A DNA stretch of 64,000 nt, from NCBI GenBank assembly GCA_036009605.1, contig DASYLL010000458.1:8829-72828 (forward strand), read 5' to 3'. The DNA comes from Thermoanaerobaculia bacterium. GTDB taxonomy: Bacteria > Acidobacteriota > Thermoanaerobaculia > Gp7-AA8. The notes below the pieces were generated by a model. The model saw nothing but the letters and a program-made list of their open reading frames with translations. It searched no databases and was not told the DNA's origin. The stretch's first letter is position 1. Every line of letters begins with the position of its first letter. Shown in pieces: positions 48,441 to 57,004 of the stretch. A program made the position numbers and the translations under genes.

Positions 48441-49529
48441 CTATGTGAGCGAGGCGACCTCATCGAACCACTTCATCGTCGACTCGCCGCGCGCTTTGCG
48501 GTTGCGCGAACGCTCGATGCCGAGCGCGATCAAACGCTCGATGAGCCGCGGATACTTCAACTCCGTCGCCTCCCACAACTTTGGATACATCGAGATGTTC
48601 GTGAAGCCGGGGATGGTGTTGATCTCGTTCACGAACAGCCGATTCGTTCCGCGCTCGAGAAAGAAATCGACGCGCGAGAATCCCGACGCGCCGATCGCCT
48701 TGAACGCGGCAATCGCCAGCCTGCGCAGCTCCTCGCCGCGATCGCCGGTGAGCTTCGCCGGGATGACGAGCTGCGATTTCGTCTCGACGTATTTGTCCGC
48801 GTAGTCGTAGAACTCGCCGCCCGCCACGATCTCACCGGGCAGCGATGCTTCCGGCTTCTCGTTGCCGAGAACTGCCACTTCGATCTCGCGTGCATCGACG
48901 CCGCGCTCGACGAGCACCTTTTCGTCGAAACGAAACGCGTGCTCGATTGCGCTGGTGAGGTCGTTGTCGTTCTTCACCTTGCGCACACCGACCGACGAGC
49001 CGCTGTTCGCCGGCTTCACGAAGTACGGCAAACGCAGCGCATTCGCGACGGCACGCGTGACGCGCTCGCGCTCGTGACGCCATTCGTGCTCGAGCACCGG
49101 CACGTAGTCGACCATCGGCAGCTTCGCAGCAGCGAACGCCTGCTTCATGTGCACCTTGTCCATGCCGACCGCGGACGCCGTCACGCCGCTGCCGACGTAC
49201 GGAAGGCCGAGCATTTCGAGGTAGCCCTGCAGCGAACCATCCTCGCCGCCCGTGCCATGGATCAGCGGAAACACGACGTCGATGTTCGCGGTGCGCGACC
49301 AGACTTCGAAGGAGAAATCGAGATCACCGACGGAGCTTTTCTTCTCTCCCGCGAGAATGCGCGCGCTGCGCTCCGGCGTCACGAATCGCCCGTCGCGCGC
49401 GATGCAGATCGGCGTGATCTCGATGCGATCCTTCGGCGCCGCGTTCGCGACCGAACGCGCGGAGAGAATGGACACTTCATGTTCGGCCGAGCGGCCGCCA
49501 AAAAGAAGAATCGTATTGATGAGACTCAT
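48441..49529 (-). CDS. ddl: D-alanine--D-alanine ligase
   Basis: From MSLINTILLFGGRSAEHEVS..., with ATP-grasp motifs; 362 aa. The track N-terminal extension is trimmed. Confidence 0.9.
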   Translation of the reverse strand: MSLINTILLFGGRSAEHEVSILSARSVANAAPKDRIEITPICIARDGRFVTPERSARILAGEKKSSVGDLDFSFEVWSRTANIDVVFPLIHGTGGEDGSLQGYLEMLGLPYVGSGVTASAVGMDKVHMKQAFAAAKLPMVDYVPVLEHEWRHERERVTRAVANALRLPYFVKPANSGSSVGVRKVKNDNDLTSAIEHAFRFDEKVLVERGVDAREIEVAVLGNEKPEASLPGEIVAGGEFYDYADKYVETKSQLVIPAKLTGDRGEELRRLAIAAFKAIGASGFSRVDFFLERGTNRLFVNEINTIPGFTNISMYPKLWEATELKYPRLIERLIALGIERSRNRKARGESTMKWFDEVASLT

Positions 49530-49540
49530 TGCTGAAATTC

Positions 49541-49637
49541 GTTGCTGGTTGCTGGTTGCTGGTTCAAGGTACTTCGTCGCCAGAGCGTGACGCACTCGCG
49601 ACAAGGCACAACGAACCAGTAACCAGCAACCAGCAAC
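49541..49637. repeat. Palindrome of tandem GTTGCTG heptamers (GTTGCTGGTTGCTGGTTGCTGGTTC ... GAACCAGTAACCAGCAACCAGCAAC)
   Basis: 25 bp arms and a 47 bp loop, between the MlaD-like gene end and the ddl start. It is probably a terminator or processing hairpin. Confidence 0.6.
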
Positions 49638-49643
49638 CTCTCT

Positions 49644-51179
49644 CTACTTTCCGAGCGGAATGCTTCCGATCAAGTACTTCAAATCTTCATCGCGCCAGCG
49701 GATGCCGCCGCCGAATACGAATGAAGTGTCATTGAGCGCGTTGTCGATGCCGGAGTTGATGAAGAGCTGCGGCGTGTGCGGTTTCTCGTGGCGGAAGACG
49801 TATTCGCCGAGGAGGCGGAGGTGCGGGAGATCGTCGCGTTTTTTCCCGAAATCAAAGGCTTCGCCGGTCACGCTGAGACGATCGCTGAATCGATAGTCCG
49901 CGCCGACGCCGCCGGTCGAATCGAACAGACCGACGCGCACCGAGAGATCGTCGAGCACCCATCCCGCCTGCGCAGAGAGCAGGAAATCGCGATCGTATTT
50001 CGTGGTCTCGGTGACGATCGTCGTCGACTCGCCCGTCGCCGGATTCGTGCGCGTTTCGATCTGCGTCTTCTCGCGCTTGCGGCCGCGCGGATCGTCCGCG
50101 AGCTCGATGTTGTAGAAGCGGTTGCGATCAGGATTCGGGACGAGCCGCAGTCCGATCGCCGAACGCGCACTTCCCTCCACCATCTTCACGCCATCGACCT
50201 CGGAATCGCTGAGACCCGCGTAGTAATCGGCCTTGATGCCGAGGTCCATCTGAATGCGATTCGCGCGTCCGAGCGTTTCCTGCAGCGACTTCACGCCACC
50301 TTCGACAGACGCGAGCGCGCCAGTGAGACGATCGTGCGCTTCGTCGCTGTAGAACAGCTTGCCCATCGTCCCCTCGCCGCTCTTCACCTGGCCGGTGATG
50401 GCGTTGAGGTTGTCCGCGGTCACACGCAGATCGGCAGAGAGCCCGCGCAGGTTCGTCACGACTTCGCGCACGTCGGGACGATTCTCATCGACGGTTCCGC
50501 CGATCTGATTCGCAACGCGATCGAGCGTCGCCGCGAGGCGCGGAATCTCGGTACGCAGATGCGCCGTGATCTCGCGTGTGTTCAGCAGCGTTGCATCGAC
50601 GTTCTCGCGATTCGCAGCAATCAGCAGTCGCACGTCGGCAGTGATGCCACGAACGTTCTCCACGATCTCTTCGAGACGCTGCTGGCCCGTTGTTCCGCCC
50701 ATCACCGCGCGCATCGAAGTCGTGATCGCCTTCACATCCGCAGCGATTGCCGCGACCTGATCGGTCACGTCATCGAATGTCGCCGGCTGCGTTCCGGGAA
50801 GCATCACGACCGTGTTGCTCGGCAGCACCGGCGCGTTCGCCGAGCCGGGATCGAGCTCGATGTACTTCTCGCCGAGGAGTCCGAGGTTGGCGACCTTCGC
50901 CTGCGCATTCGCGTGGAGAGGCACGTCATCATCGACCTGCAGCGTCACCTCGGCGCGCCCGTCCGGCAGCACCTTGATGTCGGTGACATGTCCCTTGCGA
51001 ACGCCGGCGATGCGCACGGCCGACTCGTCGTCGAGTCCCGCAACGTCTTCGAACACGGCCTTCACCACCCGCGTCGTCCGCGAGCGACTGAGACTGATGT
51101 CCTCGATCCGGAGGACGAAGTAGCCGAGAACAGCCAGCGCGATCAACATCACGATGCCGACTTTTGCAGCAGAAGTCAT
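49644..51179 (-). CDS. MlaD/MCE-family protein with long C-terminal extension
   Basis: N-terminal TM segment plus MCE domain (VKAVFEDVAGLDDESAVRIAGVRKGHVTDIKV), helical repeats and a beta-rich C-terminus; 511 aa. Confidence 0.75.
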   Translation of the reverse strand: MTSAAKVGIVMLIALAVLGYFVLRIEDISLSRSRTTRVVKAVFEDVAGLDDESAVRIAGVRKGHVTDIKVLPDGRAEVTLQVDDDVPLHANAQAKVANLGLLGEKYIELDPGSANAPVLPSNTVVMLPGTQPATFDDVTDQVAAIAADVKAITTSMRAVMGGTTGQQRLEEIVENVRGITADVRLLIAANRENVDATLLNTREITAHLRTEIPRLAATLDRVANQIGGTVDENRPDVREVVTNLRGLSADLRVTADNLNAITGQVKSGEGTMGKLFYSDEAHDRLTGALASVEGGVKSLQETLGRANRIQMDLGIKADYYAGLSDSEVDGVKMVEGSARSAIGLRLVPNPDRNRFYNIELADDPRGRKREKTQIETRTNPATGESTTIVTETTKYDRDFLLSAQAGWVLDDLSVRVGLFDSTGGVGADYRFSDRLSVTGEAFDFGKKRDDLPHLRLLGEYVFRHEKPHTPQLFINSGIDNALNDTSFVFGGGIRWRDEDLKYLIGSIPLGK

Positions 51180-51760
51180 TTCTCACTCCGCAGCGGGTCC
51201 AGCCCCGCCCGTCGCAACATCAGGAAAAGCGTAGCAAGCGGCAGTCCGACTACGTTGGTGTAGCTGCCGTGGATGGATTCGATGAACATGGCGCCGAGGC
51301 CCTGCACGGCGTACGCGCCGGCTTTGTCGAGGGGCTCGCCCGTGCGGACGTACCACTGAATCTCCTCCGCGGAGAGCGGCAACATCCGCACCTCGGACTC
51401 GGCGACGCGCGTGTCACGGTACTCGCGTTCCGCGTTCTCGAGCGTGACGCCGGTGTAGACGATGTGTGTTTTGCCCGCGATCGTGCCGAGCATGCGCGCG
51501 GCGTCATCGCCGTCGACCGGCTTCTCGAGCAGCTCTTCGCCGAGGAGGACGGTCGTGTCGGCGGCGATCACCCAGCGCGACGGATGCACGCTCGCCAGCG
51601 CCTGCGCCTTGTCGCGCGAGAGTCGCGCCACGTACTCCTCCGGCGCCTCGCCCACGGCTCGAACCTCGGGCACGTTGCTCGGAAGCACGTCGAACTCGAG
51701 ACCGATCGACGAGAGCAGTTCGCGTCTGCGGGGAGACGCGGAGGCCAGGATGAATTTCAC
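51176..51760 (-). CDS. maf: Maf-like nucleoside triphosphate pyrophosphatase
   Basis: ILASASPRRRELL N-terminus typical of Maf; 194 aa. Confidence 0.85.
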   Translation of the reverse strand: MKFILASASPRRRELLSSIGLEFDVLPSNVPEVRAVGEAPEEYVARLSRDKAQALASVHPSRWVIAADTTVLLGEELLEKPVDGDDAARMLGTIAGKTHIVYTGVTLENAEREYRDTRVAESEVRMLPLSAEEIQWYVRTGEPLDKAGAYAVQGLGAMFIESIHGSYTNVVGLPLATLFLMLRRAGLDPLRSEK

Positions 51761-51773
51761 GTTGCCGATCTTA

Positions 51774-52247
51774 TTACGAGGCTCGCGTGATGCTGAGAAT
51801 CACCACGAAGCTCGCCTCGGCGACGATCTTGTAGATGATGCGGATCTCGCCGGAGCGCTGCGACCAGAGACCCTTCAACGGCTCGAACAGCGGCGCGCCC
51901 GTGATCGGATTATCGTTGATTCTCGCCAGCGCAGAGAGCAGGAGACGGCGTTCGATGCCGGTGACCGCGGCGAGACCTTCCGTTGCTGCGCGCGAGACGC
52001 GCAGTCGCGGCAGACGACGATCGAACTCAGCAGGTGTCTCTTCGTCCGCTTCGGAGATTCTCGCAAAGAGCAGCGAATCGTTGGCAATCTCGATCGTCTC
52101 GCGCAACGCGAGGTACTCGTCATACGAGACCAGCACGGCAACGGGACGGCCGCTGCGCTCGAAGACGGTCTGCTGTCCCTGCGCCTCGACCTCGCGCAAC
52201 AGATCGCGCGTGTCTTCCGACAGGTCGAGGACGTCGATCTTTTTCAC
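51774..52247 (-). CDS. Single-ORF in-frame fusion of a Phd/YefM-type antitoxin domain and a ParE/RelE-type toxin domain
   Basis: Residues 1-75 carry the YefM signature QTVFERSGRPVAVLVSYDEYLALRETIEIANDSLL. Residues 80-157 carry the ParE/RelE signature LRVSRAATEGL...ARINDNPITGAPL..LKGLWSQRSGEIRIIYKIVAEASFVVILSI. There is no stop codon between them. Confidence 0.6.
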   Translation of the reverse strand: MKKIDVLDLSEDTRDLLREVEAQGQQTVFERSGRPVAVLVSYDEYLALRETIEIANDSLLFARISEADEETPAEFDRRLPRLRVSRAATEGLAAVTGIERRLLLSALARINDNPITGAPLFEPLKGLWSQRSGEIRIIYKIVAEASFVVILSITRAS

Positions 52248-53107
52248 GAGACCGCGTCTTTGAGGTAATCGCGGAACTCGCGCCCGAGCTTCGGATGCCG
52301 CAGTGCGTAGTCGACGGTCGCTTTCAGGTAGCCGAGCTTCTCGCCTGCGTCGTAGCGCGTGCCTTCGAACACATATCCATAGAAATCACCTGCGCGGACG
52401 AGCTCGGCCAGCGCGTCGGTGAGCTGAATCTCGCCACCCGCGCCCTTCTCCGTCTTTTCGAGCAGCGGGAAAACATCCGGCGGGAGGATGTAGCGTCCGA
52501 TGATCGCGTAGCGCGACGGCGGGTTCGTCTTCGGCTTCTCGACCATTTCCGTGACGCGAAACCGGCGATCGGTGACGAGCTCGCCGGCCACGATGCCGTA
52601 GCGCGACGTCTCTTCCTCCGACACTTCCATCAACGCGACGACGGGACGCCCCGTATCTTCGAACACGCGCCGCATCTGCAGCAGCGCTGGGATTTCCGCA
52701 AGGATGACGTCATCCGGCAACACGACCGCGAACGGCTCGTTTCCGACTGCATCACGCGCAGTGAGCACGGCGTGTCCGAGCCCGAGGGCTTCTTTCTGGC
52801 GCACGGCGATGAGATCGACCATGCGGCTGACGGCGTCCACTTCCGCGAGCAACTCGTCCTTGCCGCGCTCGCGCAGCGAGCGTTCGAGCTCGGACGTGCG
52901 GTCGAAGTGGTCGAAGATCGACTCCTTTCCCTTCGACGTCACAATGATGAGCTTGTCGAGCCCCGAGTCGCGCGCCTCTTCGATGCCGTACTGCAGGATC
53001 GGCTTGTCGACGAGCGGCAACATTTCCTTGGGGATGACTTTGGTGGCGGGGAAGAATCGCGTGCCGAAGCCGGCACAGGGAAAAACGCAAGTGCGCAAGG
53101 GGTTCAT
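52244..53107 (-). CDS. galU: UTP--glucose-1-phosphate uridylyltransferase
   Basis: N-terminal PCAGFGTRFFPATKVIPKEMLPLVDKP nucleotidyltransferase motif; 287 aa. Confidence 0.9.
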   Translation of the reverse strand: MNPLRTCVFPCAGFGTRFFPATKVIPKEMLPLVDKPILQYGIEEARDSGLDKLIIVTSKGKESIFDHFDRTSELERSLRERGKDELLAEVDAVSRMVDLIAVRQKEALGLGHAVLTARDAVGNEPFAVVLPDDVILAEIPALLQMRRVFEDTGRPVVALMEVSEEETSRYGIVAGELVTDRRFRVTEMVEKPKTNPPSRYAIIGRYILPPDVFPLLEKTEKGAGGEIQLTDALAELVRAGDFYGYVFEGTRYDAGEKLGYLKATVDYALRHPKLGREFRDYLKDAVS

Positions 53108-53145
53108 GCGGGGCGGAGGATATCAGGCGCGCGCGGCGCGCGTGC

Positions 53146-53226
53146 CTTTGTCGGTTGTCAGTTTCGGTTGTATCGGCCGTGTCGCGAGAACCCACAGACA
53201 ACCGACAACCGACGCCTGACAACCGC
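53146..53226. repeat. Palindromic repeat family A copy 4
   Basis: CTTTGTCGGTTGTCAGTTTCGGTTGTA ... CAGACAACCGACAACCGACGCCTGACAACCG, in the divergent galU/BNR intergenic region. Confidence 0.7.
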
Positions 53227-53295
53227 GGCGAAGTACGCAAAAGGCGCAGCCTTTGCTAAAGCGCCGTGTGGTAAAACTATCGTTCACGGGCGGGT

Positions 53296-55215
53296 ATGCG
53301 TAAAGTCCTCTTCTCTCTGGTAATTGTTCTGATCGCGGGAACAGCTTCGGCGCAGTGGCGGCGCGCCGGTTTGTACGGCGCGGATGTCCGCGCACTCATC
53401 GCGGATCCCGCGGCTCCCGACACTCTCTACCTCGGCACCAGCGGCGGCGAGATCTACGTCTCGCGCGATGGTGCGAAGAGCTGGACGAATCCGCGTTACG
53501 GCGTCCCGTTTCCGCAGTACATCGTCGACAACCTCGTCCTCGATCGCGAGGGCAAGCTCTGGGCGGCGTGCTGGGGACTGTGGGGCGGCGGTGTGATCGC
53601 GGTCTCAAAGGACGGCGGCCGCACGTGGGAACGCCGCGATGCCGGTCTCGAGGACTTCTCCGTCCGCGCCATCGCCATCGATCAGAACGATGCGAACGTC
53701 ATCGTCGCGGGTGGACTCACCGGCGTCTACCGCAGCCTCGACGCGGGTCGCACGTGGGAAAAGATCTCGAATCAGGAACAGGTCGAATCGCTTGCAATCG
53801 ATCCGCGCTCGCGCGATCGCATCTTCGTCGGCACGTGGCGCCAGGGCTGGCGCACCGATGACGGCGGCAAGGCGTGGAAGCACATCGCCGAGGGGATGGT
53901 GCTCGACACGGACATATTCTCGATCACCATCGATCCGAAGCAGCCGGACAACGTATGGGTCGCGACGTGCGGCTGGGTTTACAACTCGCTGAACGGCGGC
54001 GACAAATGGACGCGCTATCGCGACGGCTTCAACAACCGCCGCATCCATGACGTCGACATCGATCCGTGCGATGAAGACACGGTCTACGCGGGCTCGGTCG
54101 CGGGGCTCTATCGCTCCGACGACAAGGGCAAGAGCTGGTACGTGATGTCGGATGAAGGCCTGGTCATCAATTCGGTCGTCCTCCATCCGCAGCGCCCACA
54201 GCGCATCATCCTCGGCATCGAAGGCGACGGCGTCTACATCTCGCACGATCGCGGACAGACCTTCCAGCGCACCTCGGACGGTCTGCACAACCTCCGCATC
54301 ACGACCATCGCACTCGATCCATTCGAAAAGGATCGCGTGTTTGCAGCAGTCGTGTTCGGCGGCGCGGCATCCGGTATCTATCGCTCCGATGACGCCGGCA
54401 AGACGTGGGCAAAAGCGAGCACGACGCCGCTGCCCGAAGTTCTGTCGCTGACAATCGCCTCGGAAGCGGATGCCGAAGTGAAGTTTCTCGCGGGAACAGA
54501 GAAGGGCGTGTTCTGGAGCGCCGACGCGAAAGAATGGACGCAGGCCGAGCCGTCAAGCTTCCCCGTTCGCTTCGACAAAGTGCTGCGCTTCAATCGCACG
54601 CGCTCGTTCGCCGCAACCGCGGAAGGCGTCTTCACGACTCGTGACGCCGGCAAGAGCTGGTACCGCCTCGGCGGCGCGAAGAACCGCGCCGTCGACATCG
54701 CCATCGGCACGCTCAATGGCAACAAAGCGCTCTACGCGCTGACCGCAGCAGGCCTGGAAGTGTTCGACGGCACGAACTGGTCAACGATCACCGATGCGCC
54801 CTCGCGCGGACGCTCGATCGCCGTACGCAACGCCGGCAGCAACGAAGTGGTCTTCGTCGCGGGCACGCAAGGCGTGAAAGCCGGCGTGATCAACGCGTCC
54901 GGTACGTGGGTACCGGCGGAAGCACCGGATGCGCAATTCGCAACCGTACACGGCGGCAGCCGCACCCTGTTCCTGACATCAAGACAACAGCGCGAGATTC
55001 TCGTCGGCGAACCGATCGACGGTCAGTGGAATCAGCTCACGCTCCCCGCGAGCAACACCGACGTCGCGTCCGTCGTCCCCGATCCGTTCATCCGCGACCG
55101 GTTCTACATCGGGACGCTCGGCGATGGCGTGTTCGTGTACGAAGGAAAAGCGGATCGGTACGTCGCGAAAGTGCGGGATACGAATACCGCGCAATTGACG
55201 GGTGGGGCGCAGTAG
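53296..55215 (+). CDS. Secreted BNR/Asp-box repeat protein (sortilin/Ycf48-like beta-propeller)
   Basis: Signal peptide VLFSLVIVLIAGTASAQ, and multiple S-x-D-x-G-x-T-W Asp-box motifs (SRDGAKSW, SKDGGRTW, SLDAGRTW, TDDGGKAW, SDDKGKSW, SDDAGKTW, TRDAGKSW). Confidence 0.75.
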   Translation: MRKVLFSLVIVLIAGTASAQWRRAGLYGADVRALIADPAAPDTLYLGTSGGEIYVSRDGAKSWTNPRYGVPFPQYIVDNLVLDREGKLWAACWGLWGGGVIAVSKDGGRTWERRDAGLEDFSVRAIAIDQNDANVIVAGGLTGVYRSLDAGRTWEKISNQEQVESLAIDPRSRDRIFVGTWRQGWRTDDGGKAWKHIAEGMVLDTDIFSITIDPKQPDNVWVATCGWVYNSLNGGDKWTRYRDGFNNRRIHDVDIDPCDEDTVYAGSVAGLYRSDDKGKSWYVMSDEGLVINSVVLHPQRPQRIILGIEGDGVYISHDRGQTFQRTSDGLHNLRITTIALDPFEKDRVFAAVVFGGAASGIYRSDDAGKTWAKASTTPLPEVLSLTIASEADAEVKFLAGTEKGVFWSADAKEWTQAEPSSFPVRFDKVLRFNRTRSFAATAEGVFTTRDAGKSWYRLGGAKNRAVDIAIGTLNGNKALYALTAAGLEVFDGTNWSTITDAPSRGRSIAVRNAGSNEVVFVAGTQGVKAGVINASGTWVPAEAPDAQFATVHGGSRTLFLTSRQQREILVGEPIDGQWNQLTLPASNTDVASVVPDPFIRDRFYIGTLGDGVFVYEGKADRYVAKVRDTNTAQLTGGAQ

Positions 55216-55383
55216 CCGGCGACTCGGGACCGTCTTACACTTTGCTCGATCGATCGGAGCGAGGGTGATCACTCCGCCTTTCGAGACGACCTGGAACTCC
55301 TGACCCACGTGCAAGTCCATCGCGTCACGGACAGCTTTCGGAATGACGACCTGATATTTCGATGAAACTCTGGTGCGTGCCAC
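54979..55383 (-). CDS. AbrB/MazE-fold (VapB-like) antitoxin-like protein; 3' end uncertain
   Basis: GTG start. The N-terminal ARTRVSSKYQVVIPKAVRDAMDLHVGQEFQVVSKGGVITLAPI is a SpoVT/AbrB swapped-hairpin domain. The reading frame has no stop until 54979 and overlaps the convergent BNR gene by about 235 bp, so the true end or an intact stop is probably lost. Confidence 0.4.
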   Translation of the reverse strand: MARTRVSSKYQVVIPKAVRDAMDLHVGQEFQVVSKGGVITLAPIDRAKCKTVPSRRLLRPTRQLRGIRIPHFRDVPIRFSFVHEHAIAERPDVEPVADERIGDDGRDVGVARGERELIPLTVDRFADENLALLS

Positions 55384-55472
55384 GCTCTGGTTCCTAAACG
55401 ACCGCTTTCTTCACTCCGAGGCTTCGCGAAAGGCATTCGTACTGACGGGCTCCGGGAGAAAAAGGACCGGAT

Positions 55473-55855
55473 GTGATCGTTATCGACTCGTCCGGCTGGA
55501 TCGAGTTCTTCACCGACGGTCCTCTCGCGAGCGCATACGCTGCCCGGCTACGGAAGCTCCCCGAAGTCATCACTCCCGTCATCGTCCTCTACGAGATCTA
55601 CAAGCGCCTCAAGCGAGAGCTGTCGGAAGACGACGCGATCGTCGCGGTCTCGGTGATGCAGCGTACGAAGATCGTCGACATCAGTCACGAACGGCACTCA
55701 TGGCCGCCGATCTGAGTCTGGAGCACCGTCTTGCGATGGCCGACGCGCTCGTGCTTGCGACAACGCGACAGTTCGATGCGATTCTCGTCATCAGTGACCG
55801 CGACTTTGAAGGACTTCCCGGCGTCGTGTATCTGCCGAAAAAATCGAGCACTTGA
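55473..55855 (+). pseudogene. PIN-domain (VapC-like) toxin gene disrupted by a single frameshift near 55700
   Basis: Frame 1 gives the N-terminal PIN segment MIVIDSSGWIEFF...IVAVSVMQRTKIVDISHE and ends at 55715. The C-terminal PIN segment LMAADLSLEHRLAMADALVLATTRQFDAILVISDRDFEGL continues in another frame to 55855. Confidence 0.6.
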
Positions 55856-55860
55856 TCCCG

Positions 55861-56322
55861 TCACCGCGGGTCGAAGTACCGAACCGCCAGAATCCCGATC
55901 CCCTGTTTCCCCTGCTGCGATTTCGGATCGTCGGCGGCGACGACCATCACGTTCGGGAGCGTGTTGTCGTAGATCAGGATCGACTTCGTCGATTTGCGCG
56001 GTTTGCCGAGGGTGTCGGCGAGGCGCGATTTCTCCTCGTCGAACGCCATGCGGATCTCGGGGAGAAAGACGAACAGCTCGAAGCGCACCGAGATCAAGCG
56101 GTCTTTGCGAAAGACCAGCGTGAGTGCTTTGTCATCGCTGTAGTCGACGACGATTTCCTGCGCGTCTTTGCCGCGCTTCGGAGCCCACTTCTCGAGCGCG
56201 GACAGCGCGTCCGCGCGCGACATGCCGATCGTCAGACGAAACGCGTCGGGGCGCATCCACGACGTGCGGCTGTTTGAGGGAAACGACGTTGCCGCGAGAA
56301 GCAGGGCCAGGAAAAGATGCAT
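55861..56322 (-). CDS. Secreted hypothetical protein
   Basis: From MHLFLALLLAATSFPSNS (signal peptide). Trimmed from the 255 aa track ORF, whose N-terminal two-thirds is Arg-rich GC-skew noise. The start overlaps the eda stop. Confidence 0.5.
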   Translation of the reverse strand: MHLFLALLLAATSFPSNSRTSWMRPDAFRLTIGMSRADALSALEKWAPKRGKDAQEIVVDYSDDKALTLVFRKDRLISVRFELFVFLPEIRMAFDEEKSRLADTLGKPRKSTKSILIYDNTLPNVMVVAADDPKSQQGKQGIGILAVRYFDPR

Positions 56323-56996
56323 CAGTGCACGTATTGGGCGTCGATCTCGACCTGGCGGCGCGACTCGACGATCGACGTCGCCAGCAGCACGCGACGACCG
56401 ATCTCGTCCCATTGCTGTTCGCGGACGAGATCCGGCACCGCAAGAGAGCCGCCGAGATTCACGGCGACGCAACCGGCGTCGAGGTAGTGATCGATCATGT
56501 CGAGCGGCACGGGACCGCCGGCGAGCATCAGCACGTCGCGGATCGGACCGCGGATCGTGCGGATGTAATCGGGGCCGCCGAGGTGCTGGGCGGGATAGAC
56601 CTTGACGATGTCGCAGCCGGCTTCCCATGCGCGAATGATCTCGGTCGGCGTCGACGCGCCTGCGATGCAGAGCATGTCGTTCTCGTTCGCGTACTCGATC
56701 ACGTGCGGATCGGTGTGCGGCGAGACGATGATCTTCGCGCCTGCACGGCGTGCCAGCGCCGCGTCGTTCGTGCTGCGCACCGTGCCGGCGGCGATGTCGA
56801 TCTGCATGCCGTAGCGTTTGTCGAGCGATGCCATCAACTCGATCGCATTCGGCGTCGTCATCGTGATCTCGAGAATGCGGATGCCGTTGAGCGCGTACGC
56901 TTCCGCAACCGCTTCCGCGGCTTCGGCAGTGTCTTCGCGGACGACACCAATGATCTGTTCAGTAAAGACGCGGCCCAGCAGGTCCTTGCGTGACAT
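56322..56996 (-). CDS. eda: KDPG / KHG aldolase (2-dehydro-3-deoxyphosphogluconate aldolase family)
   Basis: 224 aa TIM-barrel aldolase pattern; core GIRILEITMTTPNA... and Schiff-base Lys region DIVKVYPA. Confidence 0.8.
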   Translation of the reverse strand: MSRKDLLGRVFTEQIIGVVREDTAEAAEAVAEAYALNGIRILEITMTTPNAIELMASLDKRYGMQIDIAAGTVRSTNDAALARRAGAKIIVSPHTDPHVIEYANENDMLCIAGASTPTEIIRAWEAGCDIVKVYPAQHLGGPDYIRTIRGPIRDVLMLAGGPVPLDMIDHYLDAGCVAVNLGGSLAVPDLVREQQWDEIGRRVLLATSIVESRRQVEIDAQYVH

Positions 56997-57004
56997 GACG
57001 GAAC

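Noticed and set aside
54979-55215. C-terminal 80 residues of the AbrB-like ORF as genuine coding sequence
   Set aside because: They are the exact antisense of the BNR-protein C-terminus and have no antitoxin-like features. They most likely reflect loss of the original stop codon, so only the N-terminal AbrB domain is trusted.
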